Below are positions 1 to 10,916 of a stretch of 64,000 nt of DNA, in pieces (within the stretch, counting starts at the first letter, position 1; each line of letters opens with the position of its first letter). A model generated the notes under the pieces. That model had not been told where the DNA came from, ran no database searches, and was given only the letters and a program-made list of their open reading frames with translations. Location of the stretch: contig SMSO01000035.1 of NCBI GenBank assembly GCA_004764695.1, positions 2,604,001 through 2,668,000 of the forward strand. The letters are read 5' to 3'. This DNA comes from Schizochytrium sp. TIO01 (lineage: Eukaryota > Protista > Bigyra: Labyrinthulomycetes). The position numbers and the translations under genes were made by a program.

Positions 1-1942
1 ATAGGTATTAAACTACCAAGAGCAAATGAAAAAAGCTCTTTTCTCCAGCTTGAGCGGGGCTAGCTTACCGGACTAGGGGATATGGAGTTGAACTAAAGCT
101 AAAGGACCAGTCTTCTTTGCTGCACATGCCGTTGAAGTATGCCCATCAGCTTGCCAGATGAAATTTAGATTGGCGCCTACTTTGGCGCAGCCATTCAGGC
201 TGGAGATCTAAGCTTGGACTATTAAAACTCCAAGACAGATTGATATAGAGACTCTGGTTGTTAGCTCAAAATATGTCATGTGATGCGTATGCAATAAAGA
301 TTTTAGATAAGATGTTCACAAGCACGCAGCTGTGAGGGACTGCAGGTCGGGCGAGATTGCCCCAGCACGTGCAGACTACTGCAATATAATGTTGGTAAGT
401 GCAACATATCTAGCTAGTGATGAAAGTGAACAGGTGCGAATGCAGTTCTCTTGATATACCAATATAATCGTGGATTGTCACCATAATACAAGCGAAACAT
501 CACGTATTTTAGAGTGGCAAGCCAATATTTTGTAATATTTTAAAAGAAGAGCTTTCCAGAGTTTGTGGGTCAGATTTTTGTCTAACTCACAAGGTCCAAG
601 TTAATGGTGTGTACTAAGATAATGTTTGACCTCATTCAGAAGTGTGCAATTTCTTTTGCAATTCGTTTTCTTCAAACAACCTGAATGTAAAGTCTTACAC
701 CACTATATGTGGAACTATCAGTATTGTGGCGTACGCTAATTTTCAACCAAAACCCAACATATCACCCATTTGGGATACGCCGATTGGCATACTGATATCC
801 AGAAACCCCCCTTCGACATAAGACCTAAAACCGTAGAAGTCCTGAAAGATAACAATAAAGCTAAATCAATTTGCTTTGAGTTAAAAAAATAAACTATCAG
901 GTTTGCACTCCTTGAGGATGATATATGAGCAAGGAGACTCAGAAATATTGACGTCCATCTGAGGGGAGATGGGGGATGCGAACATACGCACTGAAAAGCT
1001 GCATAACTGATTCTATGCAGTCTATGATGAAGGCCAAGGGTCAGGAGATGTATACGTATATACCATATTCACGAATTTGCTCAGCTTATCCAGAGAAACA
1101 AAAAGTTACTTCACTATGGACGGTACGGAACTGCGTATATTTGTCTCTTTTCAACCAATCTCGTGAATGTAAGAACAACTCATACTAGCCAGAACTGCTC
1201 ATTATGATAGCCCTCGTGACTTCTGCAAGCCTGTGAGCCCCTCAAAGATAGAATGCAGAGATAGGGAACAGGACAGCGTTAATATCCAACAGCCAAACAT
1301 AAATTGTAGAATAACTCGTGATACGTGTTCCGGTAATTACCCCCCTTCCCTTCCGCGATTAAATAACAGTTTATTTAATCGATCGCTATAAATTTAAAAC
1401 TTTATTCAATTGTTTTAAACTTCTTTTTTTAAATATTGTTTTTGGCAGGGAAACTTTTCTTCAATGAAAACAGATGAACGAAGGGCACGCGTTGTCTACA
1501 CGACAAAGTATGCATCTCATATGCAATACCCAATATTATATATTATGCTGTGCGATCGATTGCAGGAGACGAAAATTTGAAAGACATGAAAGACAGCGCC
1601 CTTAGGGCCAAAACCTATGGCCGCGAACACTTTTGCCCTCGAGTTCACAGAACCGCTTCAGCCTATTACTATTATTGTCGTTGTTGTTTTGTTTAATTTT
1701 AACATTAAAAAATAATAAAATAAATCTAAAATGCCTGTGAACGTGATGAAGAGAAGAGCGATACGAACTTGTAAGTTTGAACAGAATAGAGATCGATGAT
1801 GAGGTTTTTTAGAAACTCATCTGAATTCCTTTTTTTTACGTTTAAAACGATTGTAACAAAAGAGACGAACGCGAATGCAGAACACGAGGCAGTCGCAAGT
1901 GGAAGCAGCGTGCCGCCACGTGCTCGGGCATTCATTGAATCT

Positions 1943-2394
1943 AAGAGAGAAAGAAGAAGAAGAAGAAGAAGAAGAAGAAGAAGAAGAAGAAGAAGAAGAA
2001 GAAGAAGAAGAAGAAGAAGAAGAAGAAGAAGAAGAAGAAGAAGAAGAAGAAGAAGAAGAAGAAGAAGAAGAAGAAGAAGAAGAAGAAGAAGAAGAAGAAG
2101 AAGAAGAAGAAGAAGAAGAAGAAGAAGAAGAAGAAGAAGAAGAAGAAGAAGAAGAAGAGAAAGAGAAGAGAAAGAGAAAGAGAAAGAGAAAGAGAAAGAG
2201 AAAGAGAAAGAGAAAGAGAAAGAGAAAGAGAAAGAGAAAGAGAAAGAGAAAGAGAAAGAGAAAGAGAAAGAGAAAGAGAAAGAGAAAGAGAAAGAGAAAG
2301 AGAAAGAGAAAGAGAAAGAGAAAGAGAAAGAGAAAGAGAAAGAGAAAGAGAAAGAGAAAGAGAAAGAGAAAGAGAAAGAGAAAGAGAAAGAGGG
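1943..2394. repeat. Compound pure-purine microsatellite: (AAG)n then (GAAAGA)n
   Basis: About 450 nt with only A and G on the + strand: about 69 AAG units (1951-2157), then about 37 hexamer units to 2392. Confidence 0.98.
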
Positions 2395-2434
2395 TGCACT
2401 TCCTTCTACTTTGCTGTAATATTGGTCGTTCTGC

Positions 2435-2503
2435 TTGTTTGAATTTGGTTGTTTGAATTTGGTTGTTTGAATTTGGTTGTTTGAATTTGGTTGTTTGAAT
2501 TTG
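2435..2503. repeat. 14-bp minisatellite (TTGTTTGAATTTGG) x ~5
   Basis: Four perfect copies and one near-complete copy, read directly. Confidence 0.95.
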
Positions 2504-2967
2504 TCTGTTTGTTTGATAGTTGGTTCTCTAACGGTGTGAGTTCAAGTCAGTTCGTGGCACTCGAGAGCAGAGACGCAGAAGAAGCGAACTCGCGCAAAGA
2601 ATGAATGAAGTGCCGAGGCTCGAAAAGGCGAAGAAGGATCAAAGCGCAGAAGACCGGTCGGTTCTCAGCGACGCTTTGGGAAAGACAGATCTGTTCTTAC
2701 TATTCATACAGTGCTCGAAGAAATTGACGGATTGATTGAAAGGAGGATTGCATGCAGAGCTTGGCCAGACTGTCCCACGCTGAGGACCATAATACACATA
2801 TACATACAGACATGCAGACATAGATAAACACCCCTCGTGGCAGGGCAGCGAAGAGCGCAGCAGCTGCGGCGAAGGCGAGCTAGCTAGGCTGGACTGTCGA
2901 TGGCGAGAAGCGAGGCGGCGAGGTGCAGAGGCGTGGCCTCAACTGGTAGGCTGGTTGATCGTAGGTA

Positions 2968-3025
2968 CATCCATCCATCCATCCATCCATCTATTTGTCT
3001 GTCTATTTGTCTGTCTATTTGTCTG
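2968..3025. repeat. (CATC)n followed by (TCTATTTGTCTG) x3
   Basis: Read directly from the sequence. Confidence 0.9.
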
Positions 3026-3223
3026 TGCCCGTATGATTGCAATTCCATCGACCTTGCTCCCGGAGAGGTACGTACTCGTAGCGTGCGATGCGATTCCATG
3101 GAGGCGAAGATCTCGAGGACCGCGGTGAAAGCGGGGTAAACTTTGAACGGAGTTGAACAGGAATGATCTCCCTGAGAACCAGCTCCCGACGTTCGACCCA
3201 TGGAACTTGAAGATAGAAAGTAG

Positions 3224-4338
3224 ATGATGTCCCGAAGACAAGACCAGCTCTCCTCGAAGGCCTCGCGGGGTATTCTAAAGCAACCCAACAGCCGGGCAGC
3301 ACCTCAAACCAAAGGACAAAGTGCCCGCCATTGCTCGGAGAGCGTAGCGTGCGGTGCCGCGAAGAAGAAAGCCCGTGCCGCCGGGATCTTGGAGATCGTA
3401 GGACGAATTTCAAGGGTCACATCATCAGACTACCCGATGAAGAAGGAGACGCGAGGCCACCATGCTCTTGCAAGGGGCTTCTTCGAGGTGGTGCGCCTCC
3501 TTCCGAAGCTTCGTGGGTCACCAAAGCTTTGCAAAAGTACAGACAGGGTGAGGTACAGCGCCCGTTGGAGTCGAGGCCCAACGCAATGCCATACGAGGAA
3601 ATGCCACGAAGGAACAGGAACTGTGCAGTCAGTACCTTAGCTAGGCAGTCATGAACTGTCAAATTGTGCCAAGAACCCAGATCCTCAGCGGGCTGGCCAA
3701 CTTGCATGCTGGTCTCCAAAAGTTGACGCTTGAGAGATCGTTTCGCCTCGAGTCTGCCTTTGCCCAAGTCGAAGGGTCGATAGACAGCAAGAAAGAGTGG
3801 CTTCTGATCCGATGATTGGAGCCTTGGAATTCGTCCTACGATACGCAAGCTTCGAAGAAATAAATGCATGGGCACCAGTCCCAGCTCCTCGGCTCCTTGG
3901 CAGGCGGGTTGAGTGGCCTCGAATTAAATCTAGGCTTGGCGGTAGTTTTTGTGTTGATAGCGTTCTTGAAGGAGCGAGTTCCGGGTAGGCTTCAAGTATA
4001 CGCTTCAAGATGCCGATGCCGTGACGTGGAGACGAGAAAGCCTCGCTCTGCTTTCTGTGGACAGGAAACAAATTCATCCAGGCGACGGAAGGCACAAGAG
4101 AGAGATGACAGAGAAGAAGGGGATTCGGGGGAAGACTCTCATCGAAGAAGCGAAGGTAAAGGCTTCTCTTCAAAAGTTGTGCATGTTCCTTCACAAAAAA
4201 GGTAGGCTCCTGCTACCTACTGACTAGGGCTACGAGCCTCCTACCAGACAGAGTGAGGATGCTCAGCTTGAGAATGGGGATCAAGTTGAGAAACTCTCGC
4301 CTTCAGCCATGCTCAATGACCAGAGCCCTTCCTGTTTA
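3224..4338 (+). pseudogene. Degenerate GC-rich coding-like region of unknown family
   Basis: GC-rich block between AT-rich flanks. Protein-like stretches hop between + frames (e.g. LANLHAGLQKLTLERSFRLESAF, DPMIGALEFVLRYASFEEINAW, KTLIEEAKVKASLQKLCMFLHKK) with stops and apparent frameshifts. No family recognised. Confidence 0.3.
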
Positions 4339-5687
4339 TAATTTACTCTATTTCGATTTAGTTTGCTCGCACTGATGAGTACGCATTGCCAGTGGCACCT
4401 GTAGAGGTTCGTGTATCGCATGCGGGGCCTAAATGTATATTTCCCACTCTCTGTATGAAAAATAAATAAAGATGTTTTGTTTTGTTTTGTTTTTTGGTTC
4501 TGTTTTGTTGGCTTTTGTTGGTTTTTTTCTTTAATTTTAATTTTAAAAAACGAATTTTAAATTTTTTATACAGTTAAAAAAAAATTAAGAAATCTAAAAA
4601 TGAACTCAGAAAATAAAACACATACACATGAATGATAATGATACTCGATGGAGCCTTCTCCAAATGAGCATGCGAACTCGCAAAGGAATACGATTGTTTG
4701 TGATCAGGTGCTCATTAGATGGCTCCGCTGCGAAGCACTGAAGCCATTTTGCAAGAAAAGACGTGAAGATAAAATGGTCGCGAGGCCATGCCATAAAAGA
4801 AGCGAAGACCAAACAGCTCGAGCTGGGCCTCACCAATTTGCTGTGTTTTCCATTTCTTCAGTTACAAAATGACATTTCATGGAAAGCCAAGATGTAAGAG
4901 CCTCAAAGGAAGGGGAATTAATATAGCTAGCAAGGTTTCTTTCAAGCCTCCTTTGAGAGTAGGAGAGGCAAGTTCAAGCAAATATGATCCCCAGCTCGCA
5001 ACATTGGCAGGGACCTACTTACCTTCCGGAGAGTAGGTATGGTACATGTATAAGCAATCTAGCACCCAGGGCATCCCTGAAGTTATTTATTACTCGGGGG
5101 AGACATGAGTTTGGAATTCTCACGATTTTGACCTCAGGTTGTCAAAGTGCAATTCTAACCAAGTACATGGTACCTCGTAGAAAAAACCAAATAGATGGTT
5201 AAAAGATCTATTCTAGGTAATTGCTTAATTTCACGACGAATCTCCTCGGTCTCTTAACTATTTATCCATGATAGAAGGTGGCATGAGCCCGTCTCCAAAT
5301 TGAGGTTTGGCTCTCGACCTGTTTTCCTTACTTCATGAATTCATTACTCTTGGTTGGTGCGTGGAGAAAGGGAATATTGATCAAAATCAGATAACTCGGT
5401 GCAACTAGTTAAACCCACGCAAAGGGATACCTAGGAAAAGTATTTTATTTTACAAAATTTACCGTCTTGTAGTTAGGAGGTAGTTAGTAAAAGATAGGAG
5501 TATTAGTGCACAATAAATTTCACACCAGGCATCAGAATATCATATCAAAGAATAGGGCACTTTCTACCTGCTCTTGCAACGAAAGCAGGCAATAGGGCAA
5601 TAGACACTTTGTTTTAATCTTTGAGATTATCTAGATTAGCAACTCAGGTTTATTGTAGAAATTCTTTAGATTTCGTTTCACCGAAAT

Positions 5688-8600
5688 CTAAACAATAGAG
5701 TGCTGTGGCCGGGCCTGAAGAGTACTTGTCAAATGTGCCTTTTGAACAATAAGACGCATGCCAACATAAAGAGTGCGACCGACATCTTTAAGATTGTTCC
5801 ACTGCATAAGCTTTTTAGACGGAACACCGTAAATTTTCTCAAGAGTGGCCAAAGTCTCGCCATCTTGCAAAACATGTAATTTGTCCTGCGTAGGTAGAAT
5901 TTCGTCTTTGTTACCAGACCAGAACCAATATCGAAGGCAACCATCAGCTGATACAGAAAGAACACGATATGAATCAAATTGCATACCCAATATCTTGTCA
6001 TCATGACCACGCAGAGTAAGCAATGGATTCGCAGATGATATATCAAAGACAATGATTGTCTTGTCTAGAGAAGCGCTCACAAGCTTGGTGGCGTCAGCTT
6101 GCAAAGCCCGAATAGGACCTGTGTGGCCCAGGCAGATATGCAATCTGGTGCCACTCACCACATCCCAAATAAAAACACGTCCATCCTCTCCCCCACTTAC
6201 TAACTCCGTGGCCGTGAGTTTAATACAGCTGATAGGACAGCCATGTCCTATAAATTTTTTACAGTATTGCTTTGGATCTGCAGATGCTGTAGGATCAAGT
6301 GCATAGGGCCATACACGAACCTCCATGTCTGGGCCTGCAGTTGCCATCGCATAATGATCTATATCAAGACATGTAATGGAACGATTGTGAAGTGCTCGAA
6401 TTACACGTACGCATGAACCCCTTTGTTTGAGAGACCACACCCGAACACAATGTTCTGCATCTCCAGAGACAATCTTGGAGTGATCGGCCCATAAGCTCCA
6501 AATTGTAGACTCATGCCCTCGTAGCAATAGCTCACAACGAAAGGGTCGACGATCCTCCCATACACGAATCATTCGGTCCACTCCACCACTTATAATACGC
6601 CTCTCCGAATAAACTAGCGCAGTAATAGACCCATGATGGCCAGGAATTGGTAAGTCCGGATTCTTCTTTCGATTCGCCGCAAATTTAGCTGGTAAGGGCA
6701 CCTTTGAACCATCAAGGATGCCCAAGAGAGCGCCGTCCCGAAGATCGAAAATGTAAATAGAATCTCGAATACATGCAGCAAGACGCTCCACGCCTCCTGT
6801 CGCCATTCCAGCCACATTTCGACTTCGTACATTTACTGGATTTAGGGCAACGTACCGGAACTGCTGCCGAGACATCATTGTTCTTCGCATAAGGTCGCCT
6901 AATTCAATGCGTAAATCTTGCTCAAGTCCTTGCATATCGTCTAAAGCATTGCTAGCACGAACTTCGGCGTTTTTCACCTCAACCTTGCGTCTCTCGATTT
7001 CTTTTTCGAGTCTTTCAGCCTCATGTTCGAGGTTATCTTCAAGCTGTTTCACCTTGAAGCGCTGTAAAATTCCATGCACTAAATCTGAATCAAGCTCGTC
7101 TTCGTTGCACTCCCTTGTAATTTTCAGTTGTTCCTTGATTTCTTCAAGCCTCTTCGAATCAGATGCATTCAACCTCATGTATGCCTTGGCAACAGCAAGA
7201 ATTTCCTCTACTTTGCTACGCCTTTCTTCAATCTTTAAGCGTAAGTCTGGCACAAAGGCCGAAACAAGCTCCAGATTCACCACTTGACTGCGATCAGCTG
7301 TCACTGATACCAACTTCAATTCAGCTGCCTTGATTTTTTGAAAAGTGTCCTCCACTTTGGACTCAAGCTCCAGCTCAAGCGTCGAGGCTCGCTTTTCGAA
7401 GGCCAGACTGTTCTCTTCATCATAGATATTTCCATACGAAGTCTGGAGTTGCCGGCACGCCTTTGCCTGGTTCGGCCGGTCGTTAAGGTCCTCAAACACA
7501 AGGAGTGCACGATCGGCAAATTCAATAGCAATTTTGTGAAAAGAGTTTGCGCTGTTACATTGTGCCACTCCTAGCAGTGCCAAACCTTTGAGACGGTCTG
7601 ATTTGGCCTCGACTGCTAAGGATCTCATGCGATCAAAATTCACAATAGATTTGTCCAGCCTCCCGAGCTTTTGCATACATCGAGCCATGCCAAAATAGCA
7701 CTCACATTTAAGTAAAAGCTCGCGAGTCTGTATTTCTTGGCGTTCTTTTTCTTCCTCAGGAGACCTTTTAAAGTCTGCCCAGCCACTACGAAGAGCAGCT
7801 TCTTCCCCTTGGTTTTTCATGTCGCGATCTTCTTGCTTTTTCAAATAACCCTCAAAGCACTTATGAGCCTTTTCGTAGTTCGCCATCGACAGGTACGCCT
7901 CTCCTTGCTTAAGCTTGACCAGGTCTTGTGCAAACTCCTCTGGAGTCTCTTTCACGTGCGTTAAGATAGTGTCCTCCTGAATGTTAAAGAAAGCGCTCTT
8001 TCGGATATCTTTTCGTTGGGCTTCTGTATGCTTCACATTATCCAAGTGTTCAGCAGTGGTACGAAGTGAGAATAGTACTTCGGCAGTAGTACCTTCTAGA
8101 TTAATACGATCGAGACGAGCTTGTTCAAGTAAACTTGAACCTGTACCTGATAGCTCTTTAAGCCTGCTTTCGCGAGCAATTTCCATTTGCACGAAGCCAC
8201 GCCATGTTGTCCATGCGCGGTAGAGCTCGCGATTTTGCATTCGAAAGACAATTTTGGACGAACGACCCTTGCGTAAACGAGCAAGACGCGTAACTTCGGC
8301 CCAGCGATGAAATAGGTCATATTGAATACGCTCGCGCCAGCCTCGCACGCGATCTAGCGCCTTCTCTCGCTGAGAGACTTCCTTTTCGAAAAGGACAAGA
8401 CGCGCTTTGCGGTCTTTGAGCGCCTCTGAAACCTGCTCTACACGTTCACGAAGAGATTGCAGTTTACGTTCGATTTCAATTTGCTCCCGTTTTCCGATCG
8501 CCAGCTTTTCATTCATAGCACGGATCTCTACATGCAAAGCATCGCGCAAAGCCCAAGTTCGAAAACGTTGCATCCGGCCGTGCATGACTTGACTATCAAG

Positions 8601-10916
8601 GTACTCGCCTGTATGAGCGCTTGCACGATCTAACTCAGCATGTAGTGATGAAGCCCTGCGTTCCTCCTGATCAAGCTGTCTTGTAAGGACTGACCTTCGG
8701 AGAATGAGCTCGCTGCGATTTTGTTCAAGTTGATTCAGCTCTTCCTGGTGCTTTTTAATCCTGTACTCAAAATGGCGGCGCCGACGCCAAGCTTCAGGGA
8801 GTCCAAGAACCTTTTTGGCCTCTAGAACACTAGCCCTTGCATGGTCCCGACGTAGCTTCCCCTTTCTTGTAGCAGTCCGCAAAGACTCCCGTCTCAAATT
8901 CATACCAAAGGCTTTATACAGAAGGTCAGGTGGAAATGCGTTCCAAACACGGTGTACAGGCTTCGCACGACGATTCTTTTGCGTTTCCATAGCTAAAAGA
9001 TCCTTGTTGAGTTTAGTAAGAAGATCATCTTTACGATATCTCTGGGCAAAACCATTGTAAGCTGCAGAGTCAACGAAATTGTTTGCAGCGCATGATATAC
9101 GCCTAATTTCTGACCGCAGTGCATCCTCCCTATCAGACTCTAGAGTAGTGACCTCTTTAATTAGATTGGATGGCTCGCTTCTCAGCTCAAAACGGTCTCC
9201 TTGGTTATTGAAGCCTTCAGTGACGGCCACAACTTTAATATTCCAAACTTTGCTATGCCCACTGAGACCATCAATCACAAAACAAAGACATGGGGCTTCA
9301 ACAAAGCTTTTCATATGACGTAGCTCGCGTTCATCTTTGACGCTTTGTTGATCAATCATTTCATAGGTTATTTCATATCTTTTGATGCCACCCGGTGCCC
9401 CTCCAGTGTTAACTGGGTCACTCCACACAAATGTAAGAGACTCTTGAGATGCTGCAGCAAGCATTAGCATGAGTGGCGGCGATGGTTGAACTGGTGCATC
9501 TGTCGCAATAGGCCCTACCTCGTTTGAAGGCTCACTCAAACCAGCCTTGTTTTTAGCTCGCACACGAATGTGCGTATAGGACGTGCTGGCATTGAGGTTA
9601 TCAAGTATAAAATGTCCCGGATTCACAGGAATTAAGGCGCAGAACCTCGAAGTAGAAACCGCGGGCTGTTCAGTTACTTCAATTATAGGTTTCTTTCGAT
9701 GATAGCGTGTAGTTTGCACAGCATACTCAATGATGTAGTCGTGTATATCAAGGTTGTAGCCTCCGGTGAAAATCGGTGGCTCCCAAGCGAGCTCGATAGA
9801 GTCAGACGTCACTGATACAAGTCTTAAATCCTGTGGAGGTAAAGGCTTCATGACACCAAGCTGTTCTGCTTGCTCTGCAAGTGTTCTTCGTGCTGGATCC
9901 TTAAGTTTACCTGAACGCGATTGTTCCTCCCAAAAGACTCGAATGCGTTGTTGCTCACGGCATTTTCTTAGATGAGTTTGCAAATGAGATGCCAGAATAC
10001 CTTTACCACATTCAGGGCAAGTAAGTACAGTTGCAAGAAACGAAGCCCGCTTGACTTGATCAAAGGACTCAAGACGTTCACGTGCTTTCATTTGCATTTT
10101 CAACTCAAGTTCGCGATATTTTGAGGCCGCTACCGGTATTGCATTTTTGCCTCCTTGCCCGCGAGGATACTTGGGCCGTGATTGCATCTCTTTGCACTCC
10201 AAAACGTGGTTTTCTATGTACTCCTTAAGCATAACCCGCCCACAATGGGGGCATCCAGTAGTGCTTGCATCTGCACCATCTATCATTGCTACTTCTGCGT
10301 CTACTTCTGCGTCAGCCATGATACGTTTTCTTTCTTGACCACGTCGAATATGAGCCATTGCCATTTCTTGAAGTTCTTCTGTAGCATTCACTTCATTGTT
10401 ATCTTCGTTATTCCCAGGGGTTTCTTCAGTACCATTTGTAAGCTGTCGCAAGTCAAGAACTCGCTGCTCGAGATTTTGTAAAGTTCCAAGAGACTCTTTG
10501 CGACCTTCTGCGGCTCGACGCACAGTAGTCCCCATCGTGCGGAGCTGCTTGGCAATGTCCCATGATTGCTCACTTCGTCGGATAAAGACACTCTGGAATT
10601 GGTTTTGTTCTGATATACAAAGCTGTGTTACGCCATCAAACTTCTGCACAGCACCATTTATGCGGTCTTGTAAGATCTTTTGTTTTTGCCTCTGTCGAAG
10701 TTGGCGTTTACCTGCTTCCAGCAATATCTTGTGTGGTTCATTTCGCTCCCGGCGTCGCGCTCGTACACGCTCTTGAAGGTCATGCAATCGTATCGCGCGA
10801 ACTGTGCGCGGCTCTCCATGATCTTCGCCACCGAGATCGCTGTTCTCGGGATCCGATGCGCTCCCTTCGTCCAGAGGCAAGAACTCATCCTCAATCAGGT
10901 TTTCTTGCAGAGACAT
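5688..10916 (-). CDS. 1742-aa multidomain protein: 2x C2HC zinc finger, 2x FN3, coiled coils, TPR, WD40 propeller, C-terminal LysM
   Basis: First ATG at 10916 (the track start is TTG). Zinc fingers CPHCGR..HVLEC and CPECGK..HLRKC; FN3 PLPPQDLRLVSVTSDSIELAWEPP and PSPP..SLTFVWSDP; TPR-like GEAYLSMANYEKAHKCFE; several GH..WD repeats; LysM HVLQDGETLATLEKIYGVPSKKLMQWNNL..LYVGMRLIV. Confidence 0.9.
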   Translation of the reverse strand: MSLQENLIEDEFLPLDEGSASDPENSDLGGEDHGEPRTVRAIRLHDLQERVRARRRERNEPHKILLEAGKRQLRQRQKQKILQDRINGAVQKFDGVTQLCISEQNQFQSVFIRRSEQSWDIAKQLRTMGTTVRRAAEGRKESLGTLQNLEQRVLDLRQLTNGTEETPGNNEDNNEVNATEELQEMAMAHIRRGQERKRIMADAEVDAEVAMIDGADASTTGCPHCGRVMLKEYIENHVLECKEMQSRPKYPRGQGGKNAIPVAASKYRELELKMQMKARERLESFDQVKRASFLATVLTCPECGKGILASHLQTHLRKCREQQRIRVFWEEQSRSGKLKDPARRTLAEQAEQLGVMKPLPPQDLRLVSVTSDSIELAWEPPIFTGGYNLDIHDYIIEYAVQTTRYHRKKPIIEVTEQPAVSTSRFCALIPVNPGHFILDNLNASTSYTHIRVRAKNKAGLSEPSNEVGPIATDAPVQPSPPLMLMLAAASQESLTFVWSDPVNTGGAPGGIKRYEITYEMIDQQSVKDERELRHMKSFVEAPCLCFVIDGLSGHSKVWNIKVVAVTEGFNNQGDRFELRSEPSNLIKEVTTLESDREDALRSEIRRISCAANNFVDSAAYNGFAQRYRKDDLLTKLNKDLLAMETQKNRRAKPVHRVWNAFPPDLLYKAFGMNLRRESLRTATRKGKLRRDHARASVLEAKKVLGLPEAWRRRRHFEYRIKKHQEELNQLEQNRSELILRRSVLTRQLDQEERRASSLHAELDRASAHTGEYLDSQVMHGRMQRFRTWALRDALHVEIRAMNEKLAIGKREQIEIERKLQSLRERVEQVSEALKDRKARLVLFEKEVSQREKALDRVRGWRERIQYDLFHRWAEVTRLARLRKGRSSKIVFRMQNRELYRAWTTWRGFVQMEIARESRLKELSGTGSSLLEQARLDRINLEGTTAEVLFSLRTTAEHLDNVKHTEAQRKDIRKSAFFNIQEDTILTHVKETPEEFAQDLVKLKQGEAYLSMANYEKAHKCFEGYLKKQEDRDMKNQGEEAALRSGWADFKRSPEEEKERQEIQTRELLLKCECYFGMARCMQKLGRLDKSIVNFDRMRSLAVEAKSDRLKGLALLGVAQCNSANSFHKIAIEFADRALLVFEDLNDRPNQAKACRQLQTSYGNIYDEENSLAFEKRASTLELELESKVEDTFQKIKAAELKLVSVTADRSQVVNLELVSAFVPDLRLKIEERRSKVEEILAVAKAYMRLNASDSKRLEEIKEQLKITRECNEDELDSDLVHGILQRFKVKQLEDNLEHEAERLEKEIERRKVEVKNAEVRASNALDDMQGLEQDLRIELGDLMRRTMMSRQQFRYVALNPVNVRSRNVAGMATGGVERLAACIRDSIYIFDLRDGALLGILDGSKVPLPAKFAANRKKNPDLPIPGHHGSITALVYSERRIISGGVDRMIRVWEDRRPFRCELLLRGHESTIWSLWADHSKIVSGDAEHCVRVWSLKQRGSCVRVIRALHNRSITCLDIDHYAMATAGPDMEVRVWPYALDPTASADPKQYCKKFIGHGCPISCIKLTATELVSGGEDGRVFIWDVVSGTRLHICLGHTGPIRALQADATKLVSASLDKTIIVFDISSANPLLTLRGHDDKILGMQFDSYRVLSVSADGCLRYWFWSGNKDEILPTQDKLHVLQDGETLATLEKIYGVPSKKLMQWNNLKDVGRTLYVGMRLIVQKAHLTSTLQARPQHSIV

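Noticed and set aside
1796-2456. ORFs encoding poly-R, poly-E, EK, KR, LS and poly-F tracts
   Set aside because: These are translations of the purine microsatellite, which has no stop codons in any frame.
2516-2549. Pol III A-box/B-box-like pair (TAGTTGGTT ... GAGTTCAAGTC), tRNA or SINE candidate
   Set aside because: The spacing is too short and no cloverleaf or acceptor stem can be formed.
4372-4460. CTGATGA...GAAA hammerhead ribozyme core
   Set aside because: Stem II would be 4 bp around a very long loop, and stems I and III cannot be built convincingly.
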